A DNA stretch of 64,000 bases from positions 1,216,001 to 1,280,000 of the forward strand of contig CAWBOS010000010.1 of NCBI GenBank assembly GCA_963790475.1, read 5' to 3'. Below, piece by piece: positions 40,225 to 49,118 of this stretch; position 1 is the stretch's first letter, and the number at the start of each line of letters is the position of its first letter. Below the pieces are notes generated by a model that was not told where the DNA came from, ran no database searches, and saw nothing but the letters and a program-made list of their open reading frames with translations. This DNA comes from an uncultured delta proteobacterium (GTDB lineage: Bacteria; Desulfobacterota; RBG-13-43-22). The position numbers and the translations under genes were made by a program.

Positions 40225-40986
40225 TTAAAAACTTTTTTTATCCTTCATTTTTTTGTCGGAGGCCTTCCTTCCGCCAAACAAAGCCAGCTCAAATACTTTG
40301 AAAAAACAATCCACATCCTGGAACCCTATCCGGCGAAGCCATTGGCACTGTGTTTCAACGGAGGTCAGAAAGTTCTCCTTCTTGTCGGGCCGCTGGTAGT
40401 AGGCCTCTTCGACCTCCGGCCTTGTTTTACCCGGATTTGCGTCTCGGTGGAAACGCAACAGGTGGTCGACAAAAAAACTGTCAAAAAGCGTGCTGCCCGG
40501 AGGGGTCGCTGAACTGACGTGTTCGAGGTTCAAGAAAACACCTCCCTCGTTAAGGAGTCCATGAATTTCGGCATAGAGCCCCCTCTTTCGCGCATCCGGT
40601 TGGTGGTGGATGGCAAAACCGGATACAATGACGTCAAAAGGTCTTTCAAATTCAAAGCCCTTCACCCAGGCCGGTGTTGCAAAATTAACCTCGGAGATTG
40701 TTGCCCGTTGGTTGCGGCCGACCTGGTTTCGTAACGCTTCCAACATGGGCTCCGAGAAATCAGCGAAGACCACCTGTACTCCGGGGCAGGCATCAAGCAG
40801 CACCCGGCCAAGGGCCCCATCTCCGCACCCCAGGTCCAATATCTTGGATGGCTGCGGATACCACATGTTTACGATCTTGCTGAGCACTTCCAACTGGAAA
40901 TCGGCTCCGGGGATAGCCCTTCGAACGCCTTTTAAAAAGGTCCGGGCCAGTTCCTCGGTTTGCCATTGGCTATGCTGCTCTTCCAT
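40225..40986 (-). CDS. Class I SAM-dependent methyltransferase
   Basis: ILDLGCGDG, FDVIVSGFAIHH, GGVFLNLE. Confidence 0.9.
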   Translation of the reverse strand: MEEQHSQWQTEELARTFLKGVRRAIPGADFQLEVLSKIVNMWYPQPSKILDLGCGDGALGRVLLDACPGVQVVFADFSEPMLEALRNQVGRNQRATISEVNFATPAWVKGFEFERPFDVIVSGFAIHHQPDARKRGLYAEIHGLLNEGGVFLNLEHVSSATPPGSTLFDSFFVDHLLRFHRDANPGKTRPEVEEAYYQRPDKKENFLTSVETQCQWLRRIGFQDVDCFFKVFELALFGGRKASDKKMKDKKSF

Positions 40987-41115
40987 CCCTATTCCTCATC
41001 CGAGAAGTACCTCTATTGTCTCTGGAAGCCCCGCCCCCGAAGCCCTGACCTTTAGCGATTGTTATCCGTCCCGGCGCAGGAAGCGGGGATTTCATATCAT
41101 CCTAACACTTTCCCT

Positions 41116-42552
41116 CTATGAGGTAATACCCGCAGCCGCCATGGCCATGGTTTCATAGCGTTTCAGCGGAGATTCGATGTAAATCATCATCTTTTGGGCC
41201 GCCATCGAACCTTCGGCATGAACGGTGGTTACTTCATGGAAGGCCGACTCATGGGAGCAGACATGCCTCATGGTTTCGTGGACCATCTTGAGCCGGTCCA
41301 GGGTGCTGTATTTTTCCGATCCTCCCAGATAGTGTTCCAGGTAATCATGGATATCGGGATTCTCCCAGTCTTTTTTATCCGGTGAGGTGGCGATGATGCC
41401 CCCGCTGATATCCTGAATCAGTTCGACAAATTCGTGATATTTACTGGCGAAATGGAGTTTGGCCATGTTGGCGATCAAAGGATTGGGAACGGCGATGTTC
41501 CCATGCATGACCGGGTCATTAGCCGCCGCATTGGCCAGAGCGCGGAGGGTCTCCACGTAGGCGGCGATGTCCGCCAGTTTGTCGCGGATGTGCCCTACCC
41601 TGTCCAGCCCGTTAAATTTGGCCATGGCCACGGCACAACCGGCCATCACCTCCACGGCCGGGACCTTGTAGCTGATGGCCGTAAAACGGTGAAAGGTGGC
41701 AAAGGTGTAAGCCAGGAGCATGGAGAACTGCCATTCCCCGCACATGAAGACCCGCTCCCAGGGGACAAAAACATTATCAAAAACGATCATGGCCTCAGTC
41801 AGCTCCCGGACCGGCCGGTCGGCATGAAATTCATGGTCCGACCAGGCACCGCGTCCGCTGCGGCAAATGAAGGTCACCCCCTTGGTGTTGGCCGGAATGG
41901 CAAAACTCACCGCATAGTCGGCCTCATCTTCACGCATCTGCCGGGTGGGGACGACCAGGATCTCGTTGGCTGCCGGGGCGCTGGTGATGTGGATCTTGGC
42001 CCCCTTGACGACGATGCCCTCTTTGTTCTTATCCACCACATGGAGATAGTAATCAGGATGCTTCTGTTTGGACGGTTCCTTGGATCGATCTCCCTTGACA
42101 CAGGTAACCGCCCCGCAGGTATGCAAGTCATTCTTCCGGAGGTGTTCCAGAAAATTTTTGGCATTATCCTGGTATTGTTTCTTTCCCATCTGTCCGGCCA
42201 CGACAAAGGCGGCATTGAGGCAATCGGTCCCGATATCCTTTCCGAAGGGAAGCCCTCCGATCAGTTGAATGGATTGCTGAATCATCCTGGTGCGGTCGGC
42301 CAGGTCTTTTTTATTACCCGGGGTAATGAAATAGCGATTGATCGGCTCGCCCGTTTCCGGATGAGGGGCCACAAAAAGGTCATGGACCTCCGGGTCCTTG
42401 GAGGCCGTCAGTTCATAACCGGCGGCAATCGTGTCACAAGTGATTCCCAGGATCCGGTGTTTGGTGATATCTTCCACCTTCTCCCCCCGAATATATACCC
42501 GCCTTCCATCCCGCAAACTTTCCTTGTATTCTTCCACGGTACGTATTCCCAT
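41116..42552 (-). CDS. 4-hydroxybutyryl-CoA dehydratase / 4-hydroxyphenylacetate 3-hydroxylase (HpaB) family flavoprotein, divergent
   Basis: EEYKESLRDGR.VYIRGE, KGDRS, GIVVKGAK, FDNVFVPWERVF. Confidence 0.85.
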   Translation of the reverse strand: MGIRTVEEYKESLRDGRRVYIRGEKVEDITKHRILGITCDTIAAGYELTASKDPEVHDLFVAPHPETGEPINRYFITPGNKKDLADRTRMIQQSIQLIGGLPFGKDIGTDCLNAAFVVAGQMGKKQYQDNAKNFLEHLRKNDLHTCGAVTCVKGDRSKEPSKQKHPDYYLHVVDKNKEGIVVKGAKIHITSAPAANEILVVPTRQMREDEADYAVSFAIPANTKGVTFICRSGRGAWSDHEFHADRPVRELTEAMIVFDNVFVPWERVFMCGEWQFSMLLAYTFATFHRFTAISYKVPAVEVMAGCAVAMAKFNGLDRVGHIRDKLADIAAYVETLRALANAAANDPVMHGNIAVPNPLIANMAKLHFASKYHEFVELIQDISGGIIATSPDKKDWENPDIHDYLEHYLGGSEKYSTLDRLKMVHETMRHVCSHESAFHEVTTVHAEGSMAAQKMMIYIESPLKRYETMAMAAAGITS

Positions 42553-42672
42553 ATTCTTTCTCCTTTTCTAAATTTTGCCCTATCCGGGAAATAATCCATT
42601 TCCCAATGGAGTCTTCGGCGTTCAGCTACCCGCCGTGGTTAATAAATTTTGCATAAATTTTTTGAGAAATTT

Positions 42673-42876
42673 TTATCGACCGCTCTTTCTTAAAACGGTG
42701 ACGGTCTCCCCGCCGAACCCCCAGTTGTCGGTTTCCACCTCATCAATAACCACAAATGTGCTCTGAGGTGGCTTACCCAAAACTTCCTGAAGCAGTTTGG
42801 TCGCCCCTTCGATAAGTTGTTCCTTCTGTTTGGCTGTTACCCCTTCCTTGGTTACTCGGATATTAACATAAGGCAT
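42673..42876 (-). CDS. 4-oxalocrotonate tautomerase family protein
   Basis: Catalytic Pro after Met; VIDEV...NWGFGG; 67 aa; AAGGAG RBS. Confidence 0.92.
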   Translation of the reverse strand: MPYVNIRVTKEGVTAKQKEQLIEGATKLLQEVLGKPPQSTFVVIDEVETDNWGFGGETVTVLRKSGR

Positions 42877-42959
42877 AAGATTCTCCTTCCAGATAATTAA
42901 TATATATTTTGGACAGTATAGAATAAAATGTGAATACTTTCAAAGTTTGTTTATTCCAT

Positions 42960-44246
42960 TCAGGAACGGACCGCAAGGCAGAAGATGAACAAGCCCAGGA
43001 GGATCATCGCCAAAGCCCGCGAATGGCGGGCCAAGAACCAGCGGCTGATCGCATAGCTTAGTCCAAGACCGGCCATAAAAACAATGGCCACCTTTCCTGG
43101 TACAGGGCCACCCGCCCATTCTAACAGTGCGGTCTGAATGGCCACTACGAACCAAAAGTGGGTCAGATAGATATCGTAGGACGTCGCTGAAAGTTGTCGG
43201 TCCAAACCACTCGAGTGGTTCCAATGGCGGGCGCCAAAAGAAACGAGCGCCACCAGTACAGACAGGAACAGGAAAGAACGGAGAAAAGCGAAAACCAGCA
43301 AAAAAGCAGCCGGCAGATTGGCTGTCCCACCAAGGTCGGTGAATATCGGGCGGCCGACCAGGAGATAGGTCACCGCCAGCAGACAGCTGATCAACCCCCA
43401 TAAGGCCACCGAACCCAGCGGTTTTCCATCTGTAAACCACCCCCGCGATTGGGCATAGACACCGAAGGCAAAGCTGCCGGCGAATGGTACCAGCCGCGTC
43501 ACCTGAAACTCCAAAAAAGCGTGCAGCGTGAACCAACTCGAATCCGGGAAGTATAGCAGAAGGGAAAAATACCCGGCAGAGATCAGCAGGCCGAAAATCA
43601 CCAATTGAGTAACTACCAGTTTTCCCGATCTCGATTGGCCTTTGGCAGGAGGGATTAATCCGCCTTGCTTCCCGTGTGTTAACTTATGGACGACCACGAA
43701 AAGCAGGAAAAAAGCAAACAGTAAAGAGATAAACCAGTAAACTGCCTGGGTTGTCGGTCCGGCAGGTACCTGGGTAGATCTCAGACGGACCTCAAAGCTG
43801 CCCAAGTACCACAGCCAATACCTCCAAAACGGCCTGAGGTGTTTAATGGGTTGGTCATACAAGGCAAGAGGAAGGACAATGAGAACGGCCAAGGCCCAAG
43901 GAATCAATAGTCGTTTGACCTTGTCCTTGAAAAATTCCCACGGCCCTTTCTTCTCCAGGGAGACCGGGGCGAAGAAACCGGCAACAAAGAACAGCACGGG
44001 CATCATAAAAACATCGAACAGTTCCCGCATGACGTCCGCTGCCAAGGAAACGGTATCGTGGACCACCCAATGAGGGGCCACCGAGGCATAGGCCCCTAAA
44101 GCATGGTAAAAAAGTACGAACAGGATCATCAAATAGCGGAGGTTATCCAGAAAAGCGACCCGCACAAAATTGATGGGGGTCGATGGTTCTGCCCGAGGTC
44201 TTGTACCTTCCCTACCAATAACACCTGCAGCTCCTGAGGTTTTCAT
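42960..44246 (-). CDS. Acyltransferase family 3 membrane protein
   Basis: FLDNLR, FMMPVLFFVAG, KRLLIP, WF, SYDIYLTH. Confidence 0.88.
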   Translation of the reverse strand: MKTSGAAGVIGREGTRPRAEPSTPINFVRVAFLDNLRYLMILFVLFYHALGAYASVAPHWVVHDTVSLAADVMRELFDVFMMPVLFFVAGFFAPVSLEKKGPWEFFKDKVKRLLIPWALAVLIVLPLALYDQPIKHLRPFWRYWLWYLGSFEVRLRSTQVPAGPTTQAVYWFISLLFAFFLLFVVVHKLTHGKQGGLIPPAKGQSRSGKLVVTQLVIFGLLISAGYFSLLLYFPDSSWFTLHAFLEFQVTRLVPFAGSFAFGVYAQSRGWFTDGKPLGSVALWGLISCLLAVTYLLVGRPIFTDLGGTANLPAAFLLVFAFLRSFLFLSVLVALVSFGARHWNHSSGLDRQLSATSYDIYLTHFWFVVAIQTALLEWAGGPVPGKVAIVFMAGLGLSYAISRWFLARHSRALAMILLGLFIFCLAVRS

Positions 44247-44524
44247 TTTTGTTATCTCTTTTTAATTTTGAGTTTCGGACCAGATAACCCCGTTCTGCCC
44301 AAGGCCTTATATCCCGATTTCATCTTATAGAAGGTGTTCGTCCAGGCGTTAGCGGGTTGTTTTAAGCAACCGGGGTCAATCGCCTCGTTGAAGATCATTG
44401 TTGCCGGAGAAAGACCAAACCAGGTTTCCAAATCATTGCTCCCTAAGGCGCCCGGCGTTTGGGCCGGTATTGGGGGGCGGATTAGACCACCCTATTCAAG
44501 CATTGCCGGTGATCGTGTTCAAAT

Positions 44525-45358
44525 TTAAACAGGAATTTTCTCTTGAGATGAATTCATGCCCTTCAGGTACCAAATCAACAGGCCCAGGCTGATAATAAAT
44601 ATTGTCCCGAAAATTACAATCTGCGGGACGGCTACGGGATGGCCTTTGCCGGTCATGAACACCCCCATAGACAGAATGGCCGATATTAAAAAAACGACAT
44701 AGGAAAGCAAGGCCCCGGCCAGGGTGTACCCCAAGGCCTGTTTGCGCCACAGGCTGATGGCTGTAATTCCGAATGCCGGAAGTATCCAGGCCATGTCCAA
44801 CACCTGCACCGGGTTGGTCGGGGTCCGGTTATCCAGCAGGCTTTGGGGAATCCTTCCCCCCACTAATGCCGGGATAATCTCACCCAGCCACAGGAAATAG
44901 AAAAGGGCTGCCATCACACCCAGATAAATGCTCACCGTTTTGACAGGAGTCTTTTCGGTGAAGCAGGACTTGATTCCAGCCACATCCGCCGTGACCAGAC
45001 CACCAATCAAAGCATAGAGCGAACAGCCCAACAAGGCGACGTAGACGAGGAAGAACGCGTTGAACTTAACGTCAAAGGCAGCGATCACATAGGTGTACAC
45101 CAGATAGACCATTTCCCCCAGCCAGATCAGACGCGCTCCGGAAGACCCCCGATTGGCCAGGATGGCGGTGACGATCAGAGTGGGGAGGACTATAGTCAGC
45201 GAGATCAGGTCCTGCCCTATGGCTTGGGCCACGAAATAGGGCGCATCGTGGTATACACCGGTGATAAACACACCGCCACCGGCGGCGACCGCAAGCAACA
45301 AGGAGATGGGTAAGGTGAACCACAACCACCCATTTACAGGTCTGATGCCGCCATTCAT
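44525..45358 (-). CDS. Hypothetical multi-pass membrane protein
   Basis: 277 aa with about 8 hydrophobic segments; QAIGQDL and VLDMA motifs. Confidence 0.8.
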   Translation of the reverse strand: MNGGIRPVNGWLWFTLPISLLLAVAAGGGVFITGVYHDAPYFVAQAIGQDLISLTIVLPTLIVTAILANRGSSGARLIWLGEMVYLVYTYVIAAFDVKFNAFFLVYVALLGCSLYALIGGLVTADVAGIKSCFTEKTPVKTVSIYLGVMAALFYFLWLGEIIPALVGGRIPQSLLDNRTPTNPVQVLDMAWILPAFGITAISLWRKQALGYTLAGALLSYVVFLISAILSMGVFMTGKGHPVAVPQIVIFGTIFIISLGLLIWYLKGMNSSQEKIPV

Positions 45359-45382
45359 CCTTTACTCCGTTTCCTTTCGTTC

Positions 45383-45468
45383 CCTAAACGGCGGATATCG
45401 CCACCCAAAGCTCGGGTCAGCCGCGCTCCAAGGATATTGTCCGCCTTGGGCGGATACTGTGGTTAGAT
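45383..45468 (-). other. attC-like integron cassette recombination site (degenerate R')
   Basis: Minus strand: stop, ATCTAAC, 5 bp, TATCCGCC ... GGCGATA, 6 bp, GTTTAGG. The L''/L' arms differ by one extra base, as in attC. Confidence 0.55.
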
Positions 45469-45472
45469 GATA

Positions 45473-45865
45473 TTAAGGCTGTTTTGTCGTCTTAGGGTAG
45501 ATAAAACCCGTGGTCTTTTCCGCTGTTTTTATGGGACGGACTTCAACCCTTGCCGTATCCCCATATTCAAATTCGGGGTTTCTTTTGGCGATGGCCATGG
45601 CCTCGTTGAGGTCTTCGGCGAAAATGTGATAATAACCGACAATGACTTCCTTGGCTTCATGGAAAGGCCCTTCCTTCCAGGCTCCTTTTGATCCGGAAAT
45701 CATCCTCCCTTCCCGGATCAGCGGCTGGGCTGATTTTAATTTCCCTTCTTGGGTCAGCTCAGCAATATAGACCTCACATTTTTTCAGAAACTGCTGCAGT
45801 TGTTCGGGCGGCCAGGAGGCCTGATGGTCAATCTCATTGCGGATGAGCAACATAAATTCTTTCAC
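45473..45865 (-). CDS. YciI/DGPF-family protein
   Basis: FMLLIR, EGPFHEAKEVIVGYY, VEVRPI. GTG start after AAGGAG. Confidence 0.85.
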   Translation of the reverse strand: MKEFMLLIRNEIDHQASWPPEQLQQFLKKCEVYIAELTQEGKLKSAQPLIREGRMISGSKGAWKEGPFHEAKEVIVGYYHIFAEDLNEAMAIAKRNPEFEYGDTARVEVRPIKTAEKTTGFIYPKTTKQP

Positions 45866-45904
45866 AATGGTATCTCCTTTCTCTATCACTCATTCTTATG
45901 GGAT

Positions 45905-46780
45905 TCATCTGCCTTCCGATAATAACTGATCAGCATATCGGGCATTATTTCCGGTTTCATCTATGATCAGGCAGGTCATCGTCAGTGAACCTCCAACGGG
46001 CAGATCGTTGAAATAAAGTACGGATTCGTTTTTCTGTTTCAAGGCCAGGGCATATAGCATCGGCAGGTAATGTTCGGGGGTAGGCACGGCCAACCGGGCC
46101 GCCTGGCCCAGCGAGGGATAGTCGGCCAGTTCGAGATGACGGTTCTCGTTGATCAGTCTCTTGAAAAGCTCACTGGCCTCAATGGCCCAATCAAACCCCA
46201 AAGGTTTATTGAAATCCCGGAGACCATCCCCTTTGACCACCACTCGACCCAGGTTATGGACCATGTTTCCGCTGCCGATAATGAGGACCCCCTTTTGCCG
46301 CAGGGGAGCCAATTCTTTAGCCAGGGAATAATGCTCCGGTCCCGGACTGGTATAGTCCAGGCTCAGTTGGACTACAGGAATATCGGCCTCAGGAAACATC
46401 TGCCTCAAGAAACTCCAGCATCCATGGTCGAGTCCCCAATCGTCATCCAGTCTTACTTCGGTTTTATTTATCGTATTTTTCGTCTCCCGGGCCAGCCACG
46501 GGCTGCCCGGAGCAGTATACTGAACTTCGAAAAGCTCTCGGGGGAAACCGCCAAAATCATGAATAGTTCTCGGCTTCTCCATGCCCGTGACCTGACTTCC
46601 CTCCGTTTCCCAATGCGCTGAAATACACAAAACGGCCTTGGGCCTGGGTAGAATTTCTGCCGCTTTTCGCCACCGCCTTGAGAACTCATTATCCTCAATG
46701 GCATTCATCGGGGTGCCGTGCCCGATGAAGAGAACGGGCATTGTTTTTGGACTTTCCAAATTATTGGCCCGTTTATCCAT
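45905..46780 (-). CDS. ygiD: 4,5-DOPA extradiol dioxygenase (LigB family)
   Basis: MPVLFIGHG.PMN, ISAHW, IHDFGGFP, WGLDHG, GSGNMVHNL, PTPEHYLP. Confidence 0.92.
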   Translation of the reverse strand: MDKRANNLESPKTMPVLFIGHGTPMNAIEDNEFSRRWRKAAEILPRPKAVLCISAHWETEGSQVTGMEKPRTIHDFGGFPRELFEVQYTAPGSPWLARETKNTINKTEVRLDDDWGLDHGCWSFLRQMFPEADIPVVQLSLDYTSPGPEHYSLAKELAPLRQKGVLIIGSGNMVHNLGRVVVKGDGLRDFNKPLGFDWAIEASELFKRLINENRHLELADYPSLGQAARLAVPTPEHYLPMLYALALKQKNESVLYFNDLPVGGSLTMTCLIIDETGNNARYADQLLSEGR

Positions 46781-46798
46781 TTATTTGTTCTCCGTGAA

Positions 46799-48214
46799 TC
46801 ACGACGCTTGTTTTAGCAGCCGATCCGGTTGGGATTCAATGATATTTTTTTTAGGTTCAAGCCCAAATTCTTTCATCCGGTTCCAAATGGTGATCCTGGA
46901 TACCCCTAGGAGTCTCGCGGCCTCCGATTGGTTTCCTTTGGAGCGGTCCAAGGCCGCCAGCAAATCCCGCTTTTTTCTTTCTTTGGTATTGATTGAGGGG
47001 CTCTCCGACAAAGGACTTTTTCCAATTTTTGTGACTATGTTGACCGGAAGGTGATAGGGTTGGATCAACGATTCCTGACAAGTCACAAAGGCATATTCAA
47101 AGGCGCTTCTTAATTCCCGGACATTGCCCGGCCAATCATAGCCTATGAGGATGTCTATGGTGTCTTTGCTGATTCCTTTGATCGGCTTTCCGCTTTTGAG
47201 CTTGATCCGGCGGAAAAAAGAATCGGCCAATAAAGGGATATCATCCCTTCTCTCTCTCAATGGAGGCAGATGGATGGGGATGACATTAATCCTGAAAAAA
47301 AGATCTTCCCTGAATCGTCCTTGGGCCACCAAAGCATTCAAATCTTTATTGGTGGCCGAGATGATCCTGACATCAATGGGAATAGGTCGTTGATCCCCAA
47401 CCCGTTCGATCACTTTATCTTCCAAAACCCGTAGCAACTTGACTTGGGTGGAAACAGGAAGATCCCCGATTTCATCCAAAAAGATATCCCCACCCTGGGC
47501 GGCCTCAAACCGGCCTTCTCGATTCCGGTAGGCACCGGTATAAGCCCCTTTGACATGCCCGAACAACTCGCTTTCCAACAAAGCCTCAGAAAGGGCGGCG
47601 CAATTGACCTTGACCAAGGGCTTACCTTTTCGAGGACCGCTTTCATGAATGGCTTCGGCGGCCAACTCCTTTCCGGTACCGCTTTCCCCAAAAATAATCA
47701 AAGGGGCATCGGACTTCGCGGCATTGGCTATCAGATCAAATACCCGGGTCATGGCCGGAGAGATACCGAGCAATCCATGAAAGCCGTCTTTTGATCTTAG
47801 TTCGCGGCGAAATTCTTCGATCTGGTTGTCTTTTTCGATAATCTCGGTAATATCCGTCAGCGTTTCAACAGCGCCGATGACCTTTCCTTTCTCATCATGA
47901 AGGAGTGAGGCATTTTTCAGAATATGGAAAGGATGACCGTTTTTTTTTCTCATGGTGCATCGCTTCATTTTGATATCACCGGTCTTAAATAAGGTACACC
48001 AGTGATGACCGGTCTGATCCCGGACGATGTTGCACATATTGCAATCCAGAACAGAACAGGGTTTCCCGATCAACTCCCCGTTTTTGTACCCCATGAGTCC
48101 GGTTATGGCCTTATTGACTGAGACAATAAAACCCTCCCGATCAATAATAATAATCCCTTCCTTGATCGTATCCACAACGGTTTTCCAGTATTGGTTCATT
48201 TTGTATTCCAACAT
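46799..48214 (-). CDS. PAS-domain sigma54-dependent transcriptional activator
   Basis: Cys-rich PAS, GESGTGKE, ESELFGH.KGAYTGA, FLDEIG, WPGNVREL, Fis-type HTH. Confidence 0.93.
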   Translation of the reverse strand: MLEYKMNQYWKTVVDTIKEGIIIIDREGFIVSVNKAITGLMGYKNGELIGKPCSVLDCNMCNIVRDQTGHHWCTLFKTGDIKMKRCTMRKKNGHPFHILKNASLLHDEKGKVIGAVETLTDITEIIEKDNQIEEFRRELRSKDGFHGLLGISPAMTRVFDLIANAAKSDAPLIIFGESGTGKELAAEAIHESGPRKGKPLVKVNCAALSEALLESELFGHVKGAYTGAYRNREGRFEAAQGGDIFLDEIGDLPVSTQVKLLRVLEDKVIERVGDQRPIPIDVRIISATNKDLNALVAQGRFREDLFFRINVIPIHLPPLRERRDDIPLLADSFFRRIKLKSGKPIKGISKDTIDILIGYDWPGNVRELRSAFEYAFVTCQESLIQPYHLPVNIVTKIGKSPLSESPSINTKERKKRDLLAALDRSKGNQSEAARLLGVSRITIWNRMKEFGLEPKKNIIESQPDRLLKQAS

Positions 48215-48227
48215 AGGAATTTACTCC

Positions 48228-48265
48228 TGTAAAATATTAAACAACTGTTAATTAATAATTTAACA
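48228..48265. promoter_or_regulatory. Putative activator-binding palindromes
   Basis: TGTAAAATATTAAACA (48228-48243) and TGTTAA-N8-TTAACA (48246-48265), about 110-150 bp upstream of the sigma54 promoter. Confidence 0.5.
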
Positions 48266-48373
48266 CATCAATCCTTTCTTTGCAACTCTTCCGTTTAAAA
48301 TTAATAAAATTTATACTTAATTATATTAATAAGTTATAAGAACTGACAAGCTTAAAGACTGTCAAAAAAAGTT

Positions 48374-48390
48374 TTGGCACCGGTTATGCA
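48374..48390 (+). promoter_or_regulatory. Sigma54 -24/-12 promoter of the tusA-hdr operon
   Basis: TTGGCACCGGTTATGCA, near consensus TGGCAC-N5-TTGCW. Confidence 0.85.
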
Positions 48391-48446
48391 GTGAATAATG
48401 GACAATTGTTAAATTCGATTAATACCCAACAAGGAGGAACACGATA

Positions 48447-48701
48447 ATGACCCCAGCAGAATTAACCGCTATTCAAGCAGCTAACGTCGTAGACGCCCGA
48501 GGCAGTGCCTGTCCCGGTCCCATTTTGGAAGCCAAAAAGGGGATCGGCAAGGTCAAGGTGGGGGAAATTTTGGAAGTCTTATCCGGTGACCTGGGTACCC
48601 GACAGGACATCCCGGCCTGGGCCAGAAAAGTGGGACACGAATATTTAGGGCTGGTGGAAGCGGACGGTTATGACCGGCTCTATGTAAGAAGGAAAAAGTA
48701 G
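48447..48701 (+). CDS. tusA: TusA-family sulfur carrier
   Basis: VDARGSACPGP motif, DIPAW...GH; AAGGAGG RBS. Confidence 0.92.
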   Translation: MTPAELTAIQAANVVDARGSACPGPILEAKKGIGKVKVGEILEVLSGDLGTRQDIPAWARKVGHEYLGLVEADGYDRLYVRRKK

Positions 48702-48710
48702 GAAAGAAGG

Positions 48711-49115
48711 ATGACTACACCGGCCAACCAAGGGAAGATTCTAATCTTAGCCACAGACCACTGTGCCTATCCGGGGGCCAACTCGGTCGGGCAGGCCCAT
48801 AGCCCTTACCCGGCTAATACCTATGTGCTCAGGGTGCCTTCCCCGGTGCTCTTTCCAGAAACCTTTTACTTGGATTGTTTTCATAAAGGGATCGGCGGGA
48901 TCATTATCATGTCCTGTGGAACCGAATGCCCTTATCCCGGCGCCTATGAGGTCTTGGCTAAAAGGGTCGACCGGGTTTATTCCATGATGAAGGAGAAGGA
49001 TCTGGATATACGACGGCTTAAGCTTACTGCCATTTGTACGGTCTGCAACCGGGCTTTTCTTAAAGAGGTAAACGAGATGAACAACTTGGTTCAGGAGTTG
49101 GGGGCGATCGGCTAA
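48711..49115 (+). CDS. mvhD: MvhD/FlpD-like iron-sulfur subunit (atypical Cys pattern)
   Basis: HCAYPGA, YP....LRVP, MSCGTECPY, ICTVC...F. Confidence 0.8.
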   Translation: MTTPANQGKILILATDHCAYPGANSVGQAHSPYPANTYVLRVPSPVLFPETFYLDCFHKGIGGIIIMSCGTECPYPGAYEVLAKRVDRVYSMMKEKDLDIRRLKLTAICTVCNRAFLKEVNEMNNLVQELGAIG

Positions 49116-49118
49116 GAG

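Noticed and set aside
41434-42594. 386-aa plus-strand ORF, and similar long antisense ORFs at 13478-14287 and 48747-49649
   Set aside because: They are shadows of well-supported genes on the opposite strand and have no motifs.
44250-44520. Short ORFs or attC in this gap
   Set aside because: No convincing RBS, motif or paired core sites; probably decayed sequence.
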